From assembly GCA_965279515.1 (NCBI GenBank), contig CBDIID010000003.1, positions 4,000,001 through 4,064,000 of the forward strand: a stretch of DNA of 64,000 bases, given 5' to 3'. The notes beneath the pieces are model-generated. The model was not told where the DNA came from and made no database searches. It saw only the letters and a program-made list of their open reading frames with translations. The position numbers and the translations under genes were made by a program. Position 1 is the first letter of the stretch; every line of letters starts with the position of its first letter. Shown here piece after piece: positions 48,814 to 57,742 of the stretch. This stretch comes from Turneriella sp. (GTDB lineage Bacteria; Spirochaetota; Leptospiria; Turneriellales; Turneriellaceae).

Positions 48814-49839
48814 ATGCCACGCCGCATCGTTATTCTGACGCAGAAAGAGATCGGTGATTTGGTCGTGGTGACCGCGCTTATCAGGGCGTTGCATAAAAAC
48901 TTCCCCGGCCATGAACTCATCGTTGCCAGCCGCCCTGTCGTGCGCGAAGTCTATGCGAACAACACCGCCATTTCAGGCTTTGTGAATATTCAGCTTGCGG
49001 ATGTGAAAAAGGGCCCTGTAGGTAAACGCGTCGCGGCTTTTTTTCGCTACCTGTGGATTCTGCGGCGGTTAAAAGCAGAAATCGTACTACAGCTGGAAGC
49101 CAATGATGTCATGGCTTTGTGGACCCGCTTCTCGGGAGCGAAGATTCGCATCGGTGTCCGTAACCAAACCTTTCGCCGCCTGTTTTCGGCCATAAATACC
49201 CTGGCCGAAGGGGAGCAGAGTGCCTTGCTTTTTTATCTGAGTTTTCTTGATCCTTTGGCTGCTGCTCCGGCTGGTTTCAAGACCGAGCTCTTTGCCCATT
49301 CCCGGCGAGGGCTACGCAAGGCGGATGGCATTCTTATCCATCCCGGTGCGCGTATCCAGGAAAAGCTCTGGCCCGTGGCAAAGTGGCTGGAATTCCTGGG
49401 GCGCCTCCGGAAAAAATATCCCCGTTTGCGAATCCGTGTCGCTGCAAGCATCTTTGATAAAGACATCTGCGACAGCATCCGGGAGGGCGCAGACCCGAAG
49501 TGGAAGCTGGAGTGGGCGGAGATAAAAACTTTCCAGGATTTATGTAACGCCGTCGCCGAATCCGAACTCGTGATGGTTATGGATTCCTCTCCCCGCCATG
49601 TCGCTGCCGCGTATGATGTACCGACAATAGCGATAGTTCCGGAATGGACGTTGAATGACTGGGGTATTTACGATAAAAACCGGCACCGCGTTGTGGTTTC
49701 CCACACGGTGCGCCCGGTTTTTGGTTTAGATACCATTGAAGTGGCTGCGGTGTCGGATGCATTTGAAAAATACTGGCGGGAACTGAAAAAATCCCCGCCG
49801 AAACGGATTCGGGGATTACGGAAGGAGCAAACAAAATGA
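48814..49839 (+). CDS. Glycosyltransferase family 9
   Basis: IGD, IHPGA...K.WP, DSSPRHVAAA. Confidence 0.87.
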   Translation: MPRRIVILTQKEIGDLVVVTALIRALHKNFPGHELIVASRPVVREVYANNTAISGFVNIQLADVKKGPVGKRVAAFFRYLWILRRLKAEIVLQLEANDVMALWTRFSGAKIRIGVRNQTFRRLFSAINTLAEGEQSALLFYLSFLDPLAAAPAGFKTELFAHSRRGLRKADGILIHPGARIQEKLWPVAKWLEFLGRLRKKYPRLRIRVAASIFDKDICDSIREGADPKWKLEWAEIKTFQDLCNAVAESELVMVMDSSPRHVAAAYDVPTIAIVPEWTLNDWGIYDKNRHRVVVSHTVRPVFGLDTIEVAAVSDAFEKYWRELKKSPPKRIRGLRKEQTK

Positions 49840-50621
49840 ATCGATACAAGGTAATTTTCCGGGCATGCGATGCGGTGCAGAGCCTTAGAAACCCGCGGCC
49901 TTTCGGTCTCGATAAAAAGACGCTGATCAAGATCTGTTTTTTAAGTCTCGTCGAATCGCTGAAGGCGGTCGATCACGAAATTTATATCATGGGCGATAAA
50001 TTGTCCGACGAGATGATGGAATTTTTCGGGCGTTTCAAGGCCACGGTGACCAACGGCGTTTATGGCAACGATGAATCGATACGCATGACCTTCCGCCAGG
50101 CATTAAAATACGAAAATGAAGACTGGGTTTATTTTTGCGAAGACGACTACATTCACCAGCCGCAGACCTTTCAGTATATTGACGAATTTATCACAAACCG
50201 CGAAGAAATCATGGCATACGAGCCGCGCCGGGCGATCTTTAAACTTTTCGTGCGCGACCTGAATAAAAAAGACCTCTTCATCCATCCGCCGGATTACCCC
50301 GACCGCTATAAGAAGGACTGGAAAAGACATTCTTTTCTCTTCCTGAGTAAGTACTGTCACTGGCGGCAGATTTCACACACAACTTTTACGTTTATGGGGC
50401 AGGTGAAATCATTGCGCAAATTCGAGAAGCACCTCTTCCATTCGGCGCACACCGCGCACGACGGATACCTGAGCCGTAAGCTTTATGGCAGGCTGCTTTT
50501 TATGGGGCGGGGTATCGCGGTTTCGCCAGTGCCCGGCCTTGCATGCCACCTGCATGAAGAAACCCTGACGCCCCTCGTCGACTGGCAAAAGCTGGTAGAA
50601 CACTATAAAGAAAGGCTCTAA
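49836..50621 (+). CDS. Putative GT-A fold glycosyltransferase
   Basis: VYFCEDDY motif; ATGA coupling to the GT9 gene. Confidence 0.68.
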   Translation: MNRYKVIFRACDAVQSLRNPRPFGLDKKTLIKICFLSLVESLKAVDHEIYIMGDKLSDEMMEFFGRFKATVTNGVYGNDESIRMTFRQALKYENEDWVYFCEDDYIHQPQTFQYIDEFITNREEIMAYEPRRAIFKLFVRDLNKKDLFIHPPDYPDRYKKDWKRHSFLFLSKYCHWRQISHTTFTFMGQVKSLRKFEKHLFHSAHTAHDGYLSRKLYGRLLFMGRGIAVSPVPGLACHLHEETLTPLVDWQKLVEHYKERL

Positions 50622-50672
50622 GCCGAATAGGTTTACGCCCTGTCGCAAAGTAGGTTTGCGGTGGAAAAGATT

Positions 50673-52262
50673 ATGGCAAAACCTAAAATTCTGATTTCCG
50701 ACAACCTGGATCAGGACGGCGTAGATATCCTGACCGCATCCGGGCTTTTCGATGTCGATTTCCGCAAGAAGACCAGCCGCGAAGAACTCGAAGCAGTCAT
50801 CGGTGAAGTCGAAGGCCTGATTATCCGTTCGGCTTCCAAGGTCGATAAGGCCCTCGTGGAAAAAGCAGGTAAGCTCAAGGTAGTCATCCGCGCCGGTGTG
50901 GGTGTCGACAACATCGATATTCCTGCCTGTTCGCAGAAGGGGATTGTTGTGATGAACGCGCCTGCGGGAAATTCTATCTCCACCGCCGAGCAGGCCATTG
51001 CCCTCATGTTCGCTCTCGCGCGTAAACTACCGCAGGCGCACGGTTCGATGAAACAGAAAAAATGGGAGAAAACAAAATTCCAGGGCTCGCAGCTTACGGG
51101 TAAAAAACTCGGCGTCATTGGCCTCGGCCGTATCGGCAAAGAGGTGGTGAAGCGCGCGAAAGGCCTGCAGATGGAAGTTCTCGGTTTTGATCCTTACATT
51201 CCGAAAGAGAACCTGGGGCACCTGGAAATCCGCCTCGAGCCGATCGACGCGATTCTGAAAGAGGCAGATTTTATCACGGTACACACGCCCTTGACCGATG
51301 CGACGAAGGGTCTTGTGAACGAGAAAAATCTCTCTATGCTGAAGCCGGGCGTTCGCCTCATCAACTGCGCGCGCGGCGGTATCTATGACGAAGCCGCTGT
51401 AGCGAAAGGCGTGCAGGAAGGTATCATTGCCGGTGCTGGTCTCGATGTGTTTGTCGAAGAGCCTCTGCCCGCGACCAGCCCGCTCTATGATCTCGACGAT
51501 GTCGTACTGACGCCGCACCTCGGCGCATCGACGGACGAGGCACAGATCGAAGTTGCGAAAGAAAGCGCCGACTCGATGGTGGCCTTTTTCAAAACCGGTG
51601 TCGCGCGCAATTCCCTGAACTTCCCCACGATCGACCCGACCTCGATGGATCAGCTTGCGCCATGGTTTACGCTCTGCGAGCAGGTCGGTTCATTCATTGG
51701 CCAGATGGTCAAAAACCCGATTAAGGACGTCGAGATCGCTTACCGCGGCGAATTTACCGCGCTGAACCTTGGTCCTTTGGAAATCGCCCTGACGAAAGGT
51801 TTACTCTCTGTGGCGTTGGGCGATGATGTCAACCTCGTCAACGCGCCGATTCTTGCAAAAGAGCGCTCGCTGCGCATCACGGGCAGAAAAGACGAAAAGG
51901 GCGAGAAAGAATCGTCTGTCATCAAAATCACCGTGTACGACGAAAAGGAACGTTTGACGCTCAAGGCCTCGGTGGGTGCCACCGGCGGATTTATCACTGA
52001 ACTCAACGGCAATTCGCTCGAACTCAAGCCTGAGGGCAATCTCCTTTATATCCAGAATACAGATACCCCAGGCGTAGTAGGTCATCTCGGGACATTCCTG
52101 GGCGAGCATAAGATCAATATCTCGAGCATGCAGCTCTCGCGTGCCGCCAAAGGGGGTGAAGCCCGCACCTTCCTGGGGCTCGACGACGAAATGTCCAAGG
52201 CGCTGATCGATACCCTCAAAAAGAAAGAATTTATTGTTGAGGCGCGCTTCATCAAGATTTAG
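50673..52262 (+). CDS. serA: D-3-phosphoglycerate dehydrogenase
   Basis: RAGVGVDNID, GLGRIG, INCARGG, TPHLGAST; C-terminal ACT domain (D.PGVVG). Confidence 0.95.
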   Translation: MAKPKILISDNLDQDGVDILTASGLFDVDFRKKTSREELEAVIGEVEGLIIRSASKVDKALVEKAGKLKVVIRAGVGVDNIDIPACSQKGIVVMNAPAGNSISTAEQAIALMFALARKLPQAHGSMKQKKWEKTKFQGSQLTGKKLGVIGLGRIGKEVVKRAKGLQMEVLGFDPYIPKENLGHLEIRLEPIDAILKEADFITVHTPLTDATKGLVNEKNLSMLKPGVRLINCARGGIYDEAAVAKGVQEGIIAGAGLDVFVEEPLPATSPLYDLDDVVLTPHLGASTDEAQIEVAKESADSMVAFFKTGVARNSLNFPTIDPTSMDQLAPWFTLCEQVGSFIGQMVKNPIKDVEIAYRGEFTALNLGPLEIALTKGLLSVALGDDVNLVNAPILAKERSLRITGRKDEKGEKESSVIKITVYDEKERLTLKASVGATGGFITELNGNSLELKPEGNLLYIQNTDTPGVVGHLGTFLGEHKINISSMQLSRAAKGGEARTFLGLDDEMSKALIDTLKKKEFIVEARFIKI

Positions 52263-52268
52263 TCCGCC

Positions 52269-53282
52269 GTGGCTGCGCGCGAGGGCTCCTTTCTCGGGAA
52301 AATCTTCCGCCGCCTCGCGGATTTTTTTGACGGGCAGCGTAAGCCCGGTAGATCTTTGCTGGCAGGTTCACCCCGCGAAGTTGATATTGTCACTCTCGCG
52401 ATTGTCTTCATTGGACTTGTCGTAGCCGGCACTTTGATTCATACCTGGTATTTTCTGCTGTGGAATGTTCTGTTCGCCGCCTTTTTTTGTGTGGGTACTT
52501 GGTTGATTTTTTACTCTGCGCGCTGGCGCCCCGGCGCGCGGGGGTTCTTGCTGGGCCTATTACTACTGGCATCGATACCCGCGGCGACCGATCGCCTCTT
52601 AGGGCTTTTTACTTTTTCTCTGTTGTTTCTTTTTCTTTTGCGCGGCCTCTTGATTTCAGAAAACTTTCTGCGCCGTGAAACACTGAGCGTCATCGCTGTG
52701 GCGTTACTGTGTTTCAGCTCTTATGGGGCGTTCACGGCAGTTCTTGAGAGTGTGCGTAGCTTATTTTTGCATCTGCGCGCGCCGATTCCGCTACAGTGCG
52801 AAGCAAAATCTGAGCAGAGACTCTGCCGTGCTGGCGAGGTTGCGTTTTCGGTGCCGGAGTACTGGCGGCCGGGAGGCAACTCACGGTTGGTCGAAGATTT
52901 GAGGTTGGTTGCTCCGTTGAAGCCTTATGCTGATAGCGCAACAGATAATACCATCGCTTTTGCTGCGTTTGCCGCCCCGTCAGCGCAGGTCATGCAGCAG
53001 ATACAAAATTTTTTCATTAGTCAGAAGGGGTTTATGCGCAGCAAGGCGATGAATAGTGAACCTTTGACGCCGCAGCAAATTCTGAAAAGCCATGATACTT
53101 CGCTCTACGCCGTTCGTTATCAGGGCAGTTCGGTTCCCGGATATCTTGCCGGCAGCGAAGAGATGACGGCGCTCGTGCTGCTGCATGAACGCCGCGGCAT
53201 GACCTGGCTCTTTGTCGTCGATGGTACCGATCTTTCGGCGCGTGAATTTATTTTACACCGGATTATCAGCGGTTTCCGCTAG
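52269..53282 (+). CDS. Hypothetical membrane protein
   Basis: About five N-terminal TM helices and a soluble C-domain. Confidence 0.68.
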   Translation: MAAREGSFLGKIFRRLADFFDGQRKPGRSLLAGSPREVDIVTLAIVFIGLVVAGTLIHTWYFLLWNVLFAAFFCVGTWLIFYSARWRPGARGFLLGLLLLASIPAATDRLLGLFTFSLLFLFLLRGLLISENFLRRETLSVIAVALLCFSSYGAFTAVLESVRSLFLHLRAPIPLQCEAKSEQRLCRAGEVAFSVPEYWRPGGNSRLVEDLRLVAPLKPYADSATDNTIAFAAFAAPSAQVMQQIQNFFISQKGFMRSKAMNSEPLTPQQILKSHDTSLYAVRYQGSSVPGYLAGSEEMTALVLLHERRGMTWLFVVDGTDLSAREFILHRIISGFR

Positions 53283-53784
53283 CGGTCAGCAGCACCGACG
53301 CCTGGCAGACAACCGCTTCACGGCGACCGACCGCATCGACCTTCTCATTCGAACGCCCTTTGACACTGATTTGATCCAGGGCGATGTCCATGAGTGTTGA
53401 GAGTGAACGGCGGATGTCTTCGCGCACGGGGGCAATCCGCGGCTCTTCGCAGATAATATTGCAGTCGATATTGCCAATCGTGTAGTTACGCGTCCGCATT
53501 TTTTCAAGGGCAAAAGCCAGGAAATCACGGCTCGGCCGGTTCTTATTCGCGGCGTCAGAAGGCGGAAAATAATGACCGATGTCGAAATCGGCAAGAGCTC
53601 CTAAAATTGCATCAGTGATTGCATGAAGCAGTACATCCGCATCGGAATGGCCGGCGAGTGCAAACGGTGCAGGAATTTTTATACCCCCGAGCCAAACACC
53701 ATCTCCGGTTGTTGTTCGGTGGATATCGTAGCCCAGGCCAATGCGGCACGAGGCCGCTGGGGTTGCCGCTGCCATGGATGACAT
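53266..53784 (-). CDS. ispF: 2-C-methyl-D-erythritol 2,4-cyclodiphosphate synthase
   Basis: RIGLGYDIH, GHSDADVLLHAITDA, DIG..FP. Confidence 0.95.
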   Translation of the reverse strand: MSSMAAATPAASCRIGLGYDIHRTTTGDGVWLGGIKIPAPFALAGHSDADVLLHAITDAILGALADFDIGHYFPPSDAANKNRPSRDFLAFALEKMRTRNYTIGNIDCNIICEEPRIAPVREDIRRSLSTLMDIALDQISVKGRSNEKVDAVGRREAVVCQASVLLTASGNR

Positions 53785-53806
53785 CTTTGCGGCAACCCAA
53801 TGCGCC

Positions 53807-55147
53807 TTACGATCCCGCGGCGACTACCTTGACTGTCGGTAGGCTGGTAAACTGTGTGGGCGTCGTCTCTTCCGTCGGTTCGCTTTCAGGCGGCAATGCC
53901 AGCAGGCGTTCGACTTCCTGTACGTCTTTGTCACCGCGGCCAGAAAGGCAGATCAGAATCAGCGGGTTCTTTTTGCCCTTCTTCTTCATCTCTTCAATGT
54001 AGTTCTTTGCTGCCGCCAGTGCATGCGCCGACTCGAGTGCGGGAATAATGCCCTCTTCGCGGGCGAGTTCCTGAAATGACTCGAGGGCCTGTTTGTCTTT
54101 GACTGCAACATACTGCGTGCGGCCCTGCTTCAAAAGGTAAGCATGTTCGGGCCCGACACCCGGGTAATCGAGGCCAGCGGAAATCGAATGCACATCGTTC
54201 ACCTGACCGTCGGGAGACTGCAGTATGTAGGTGAGGGCACCCTGCAGTACGCCGGGTTTACCTGCGACCAGGGAAGCTGAGTGGTTACCGGGGGTTAATC
54301 CCCCCGCGCGGCCGCCGGCTTCAGCGCCGATGAGCTCCACCTTGGTGTCTTTGAGAAAACCATAGAACATACCCATGGCATTGGAGCCGCCGCCGACGCA
54401 GGCGAACACCGCTTGCGGCAGTTTACCTTCGGCTTTCATAATCTGCTGGCGTGCTTCACGGCCAATGATTGACTGGAACGTACGCACCATTGTTGGGTAA
54501 GGATGCGGCCCGATGACGCTGCCGATGAGATAGTAGGTGTCGTCGACATTCTTCGACCAGTCGCGCAGCGCTTCGTTGACCGCATCGCGCAACGTGCCAT
54601 GTTCGCCGCCGACGCCGGCAACTGTCGCACCCAGAAGGCGCATGCGGAAACCATTGAGGGCCTGGCGGCGCAGGTCTTCAGAGCCCATATAGATATGTGC
54701 GGGTATTTTCATGAGCGCCGCAGCCGTCGCGGTTGCGACACCATGCTGGCCGGCACCGGTTTCGGCAATGATGCGCTTCTTTTTCATCTTCTGCGCGAGA
54801 AGCGCCTGGCCTAAAGTGTTGTTAATCTTATGCGAGCCGGTATGGAGCAGGTCTTCGCGCTTGAGATAGATCTGCGCATTGTAGCGCGCCGACAGGTTGG
54901 CGGCATAGGTGAGCAGCGATGGGCGCCCGGCATAATCATTGTAAAGCCCGAGCAGTTCTTTTTCGAACTTTTTATCCTTGCTGAATTTTTTCCACGCGGC
55001 GTTGAGCTCGTCAAGCGCCGGAATTAATAATTCTGAGACAAAACGCCCACCGAATTCGCCGAAATACCCTTCGGGGATTTCAATTTTTTTTGCGGGCGGT
55101 GCCTGGATTTTCGGTTTAGTCTTTACGCTTTTCTTTTTTGCTGCCAT
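53807..55147 (-). CDS. trpB: Tryptophan synthase beta chain
   Basis: [51 protein letters not shown]. Confidence 0.97.
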   Translation of the reverse strand: MAAKKKSVKTKPKIQAPPAKKIEIPEGYFGEFGGRFVSELLIPALDELNAAWKKFSKDKKFEKELLGLYNDYAGRPSLLTYAANLSARYNAQIYLKREDLLHTGSHKINNTLGQALLAQKMKKKRIIAETGAGQHGVATATAAALMKIPAHIYMGSEDLRRQALNGFRMRLLGATVAGVGGEHGTLRDAVNEALRDWSKNVDDTYYLIGSVIGPHPYPTMVRTFQSIIGREARQQIMKAEGKLPQAVFACVGGGSNAMGMFYGFLKDTKVELIGAEAGGRAGGLTPGNHSASLVAGKPGVLQGALTYILQSPDGQVNDVHSISAGLDYPGVGPEHAYLLKQGRTQYVAVKDKQALESFQELAREEGIIPALESAHALAAAKNYIEEMKKKGKKNPLILICLSGRGDKDVQEVERLLALPPESEPTEETTPTQFTSLPTVKVVAAGS

Positions 55148-55485
55148 TAAAAGTCTTCCTCTGCTTCTTCTACGGAAGTATAGACGTCAAAAACCTTGTC
55201 GAGCATGGTGACCTGCAACAGGTTCAGTATATTCTGCTCCGTGGCGACAAGGCGCAGCTCACCGTTCTCGCGCCGGCAGATTTCGGCGTACCGGGCGAGT
55301 ACGCCCAGGGCCGAGCTCGAAATATGCTGTGCGGCTCCCAGATCGACAATGACCTTGAAGCGGCGTTTTTCGGCGAGGGCGTTCAGGGCGTCTTCGATTT
55401 CATAGACCTGATGCGGGCGTATTGAGCCCGACAGCATCAGCAGTGCGACAGAACCTTCGGTGGCTATCTTCATAAGGTCAGGCAC
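55147..55485 (-). CDS. STAS domain anti-sigma factor antagonist
   Basis: VIVDL.....ISSSALG.L, GEL.L, VT.L.KVF.VY..VEEA; start 55485 (GTG) or 55473. Confidence 0.87.
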   Translation of the reverse strand: MPDLMKIATEGSVALLMLSGSIRPHQVYEIEDALNALAEKRRFKVIVDLGAAQHISSSALGVLARYAEICRRENGELRLVATEQNILNLLQVTMLDKVFDVYTSVEEAEEDF

Positions 55486-55652
55486 GGCAAATTACGCGCC
55501 GCAAAAGTAGGATGTTTCGCTGCCATCGATCCGGCGACATTATGTCACATCTTTGATACAGGTCAAGCATATATTGAACAGCAGGCGGGCGGGGGCTGTA
55601 GCCTAGCTAAGAGTTTGACGGCCTGTCTGACTGCCAGACTATGGATAGTTGG

Positions 55653-55679
55653 AAAGTGGCGTTTGCCGCTTTTTTTTTT
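55653..55679 (+). terminator. rimP-leader terminator/attenuator hairpin
   Basis: AAAGTGGC-GTTT-GCCGCTTT followed by a T-run, about 80 nt upstream of rimP. Confidence 0.7.
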
Positions 55680-55758
55680 GAGGCGTTCCCCGCAACTACA
55701 ACGGCTGGTAAAAACGGGGAAGCCCCGAATCAGACAACTCGAATAAGCCGAGTCGAAT

Positions 55759-56289
55759 ATGACGATTGCAGAAATTACGGAAAAACAGGTATCTGAGCGC
55801 GCTGAGGCGGCGTTGCCGGCGGAGCTGAAGCTGCACAAGATCGCTTTTTTCCACAGCAAGGGCAATACCCGCATCGTGGTTCAACTCGATAAACCGTCGG
55901 ATGTATACGGTTCTGTAAATATCGGCGAGTGCGAGCGGTATGCACGCACGCTGCGCGACAGTCTCGACGATCTTGAGAAAGTCAGCGGCATGAACCTGAA
56001 CTATTCGCTGGAGGTATCTTCAGCGGGTGCCGAGCGCGAGCTGGCGTCGCTCGCCGAAGTGCGCAGGTTCAGCGCATTGCCGCTGAATGTCACCTTTGCC
56101 GCCGAAAATGGCAAGGTGCATTCCGAAGTGCTGAAGGCGGCATCGTTTGAAGGCGAGGTTGTAACCTTCCAGCTGGCGGATTGCAAGCTCAACCGCAAGA
56201 GACTTTCGCCGAAAAAGATTTTAGCGGCGCCGCCTTACCGGGTGGAATGGAATAATATTAAGAAAATACGGCTGCACCTCGACGTGTAG
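55759..56289 (+). CDS. rimP: Ribosome maturation factor RimP
   Basis: V.I.ECE, YSLEVSSAG.ER.L; lies upstream of nusA. Confidence 0.9.
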   Translation: MTIAEITEKQVSERAEAALPAELKLHKIAFFHSKGNTRIVVQLDKPSDVYGSVNIGECERYARTLRDSLDDLEKVSGMNLNYSLEVSSAGAERELASLAEVRRFSALPLNVTFAAENGKVHSEVLKAASFEGEVVTFQLADCKLNRKRLSPKKILAAPPYRVEWNNIKKIRLHLDV

Positions 56290-56309
56290 CGATGTGAGGA
56301 GAAAAGAAA

Positions 56310-57713
56310 ATGGCACGAGCAAAAAAGGCGGTAGTTGAAAAGAAGCGATCGTTCTTTGAGGATATCCAGCAGGTAACGCAGGATAAGGGTTTCGACAAAC
56401 AGGAAATTCTCGAAGTCGTGGAAGCAGGTCTCATCGCCGCTTACAAACGTAAATACCGCACAACCGACAACGTCAAGGTCGTGATGGACAAAGAAAAAGA
56501 CGACGTGTTTGTCGTCGCGCGCCGCGTTGTCGTCGATAACGTCGTTTTACCTGGCATGCAAATTCTGCTCGAAGATGCAAAAAAAGTGAATCCCGACATT
56601 AAACTCGGTGAAGAAATTGATATTATAGAATACCCGCTCGAATTCGGCCGCATCGCCGCGCAGACTGCCATGCAGATCGTGGCGCAGCGCCTGCGCCAGC
56701 TCGAACAGAATAAAATACGCGACGCCTACGAAGGCAAGATCGGCGAAATCATGAACGGCTATATTCTGCGTAAACGCGGCGATACCGTTTACGTCGATCT
56801 CGGCAAGGTCGAGGCGATTATGCCGGTGAAACACCAGATTCCGAAAGAGCGCTACCGCGTAGAAGACAAGATCAAGGTTTTACTGCACTCGATCGAACAG
56901 GATAAGGGAGGCGGGCCGCTGCGCGTCATCGTTTCGCGCGCCGACCGCATGTTCGTGCAGAAACTTTTTGAAAAAGAAGTTCCTGAAATTTTCGAAAAGA
57001 TTGTAGTCATCAAAACGATCGGCCGTATTCCCGGTGAGCGTTCAAAGGTCGTTGTTGCGTCTGAACGCCAGAACGTCGACCCGGTCGGCGCCTGCGTCGG
57101 TGTGCGCGGTGTGCGCATTCAGGCAATTGTGCGTGAACTGGGTACCGAGCGTATCGACATTGTCGAATGGGCGGCAGATCCGCGTGAACTCATCACCAAC
57201 GCACTGACACCGGCATCCCCAAGCCTTGTCAAGGTAGACCCGGTCAGCCGTGAAGCCCTCGCCGTCGTGCCCGATAAAGACCTCGCGATCGCCATCGGCC
57301 GCGAAGGCACGAACGTGAAGATCGCTTCGTACATCACGCAGTATAAAATCGATGTAAAATCCGAATCGCAGTTCTCGCAAGAGATGGCGTCTCCCGAGGC
57401 GAGAAAACGCCTCGATGAGATTTTCGATGTCGCAGCGCCAGAAGAAGCACCCGCAGAAGAAGAGGGTACGTCGCTCACTGCGCTGCCAGGGCTCGCACCG
57501 CGGATCATCCGCATTCTGAAAGACAATAATATCCGCTATATCGAAGACCTTGTTTCGATGGATGAGGAAAATCTCGTCAATATCGAAGGTATCGGTCGCG
57601 CGACGGCAAAGCGCATTATGGAGATCATCTCTGAGAACGTCGAGTTCGAAGAAGGTGAAGAGAACCAGGAAACACAAGAGAACCAAGAACTTGACGCGGC
57701 GCCTAAAGCCTAA
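56310..57713 (+). CDS. nusA: Transcription termination factor NusA
   Basis: FGRIAAQTA, S1 domain, EVPEI, DPVGACVG.RG.RI, AIGREG.N; C-terminal HhH. Confidence 0.97.
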   Translation: MARAKKAVVEKKRSFFEDIQQVTQDKGFDKQEILEVVEAGLIAAYKRKYRTTDNVKVVMDKEKDDVFVVARRVVVDNVVLPGMQILLEDAKKVNPDIKLGEEIDIIEYPLEFGRIAAQTAMQIVAQRLRQLEQNKIRDAYEGKIGEIMNGYILRKRGDTVYVDLGKVEAIMPVKHQIPKERYRVEDKIKVLLHSIEQDKGGGPLRVIVSRADRMFVQKLFEKEVPEIFEKIVVIKTIGRIPGERSKVVVASERQNVDPVGACVGVRGVRIQAIVRELGTERIDIVEWAADPRELITNALTPASPSLVKVDPVSREALAVVPDKDLAIAIGREGTNVKIASYITQYKIDVKSESQFSQEMASPEARKRLDEIFDVAAPEEAPAEEEGTSLTALPGLAPRIIRILKDNNIRYIEDLVSMDEENLVNIEGIGRATAKRIMEIISENVEFEEGEENQETQENQELDAAPKA

Positions 57714-57742
57714 GTCAAGACATAAGGAACATAAAAGCGCGC

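Noticed and set aside
55588..55652. tRNA-like start GGGGGCTGTAGC upstream of rimP
   Set aside because: No T-arm (GTTC), no complementary acceptor stem, no cloverleaf
57655..57690. GAGAACCAGGAA / GAGAACCAAGAA repeat at the nusA 3' end
   Set aside because: Low-complexity acidic tail (ENQETQENQE)
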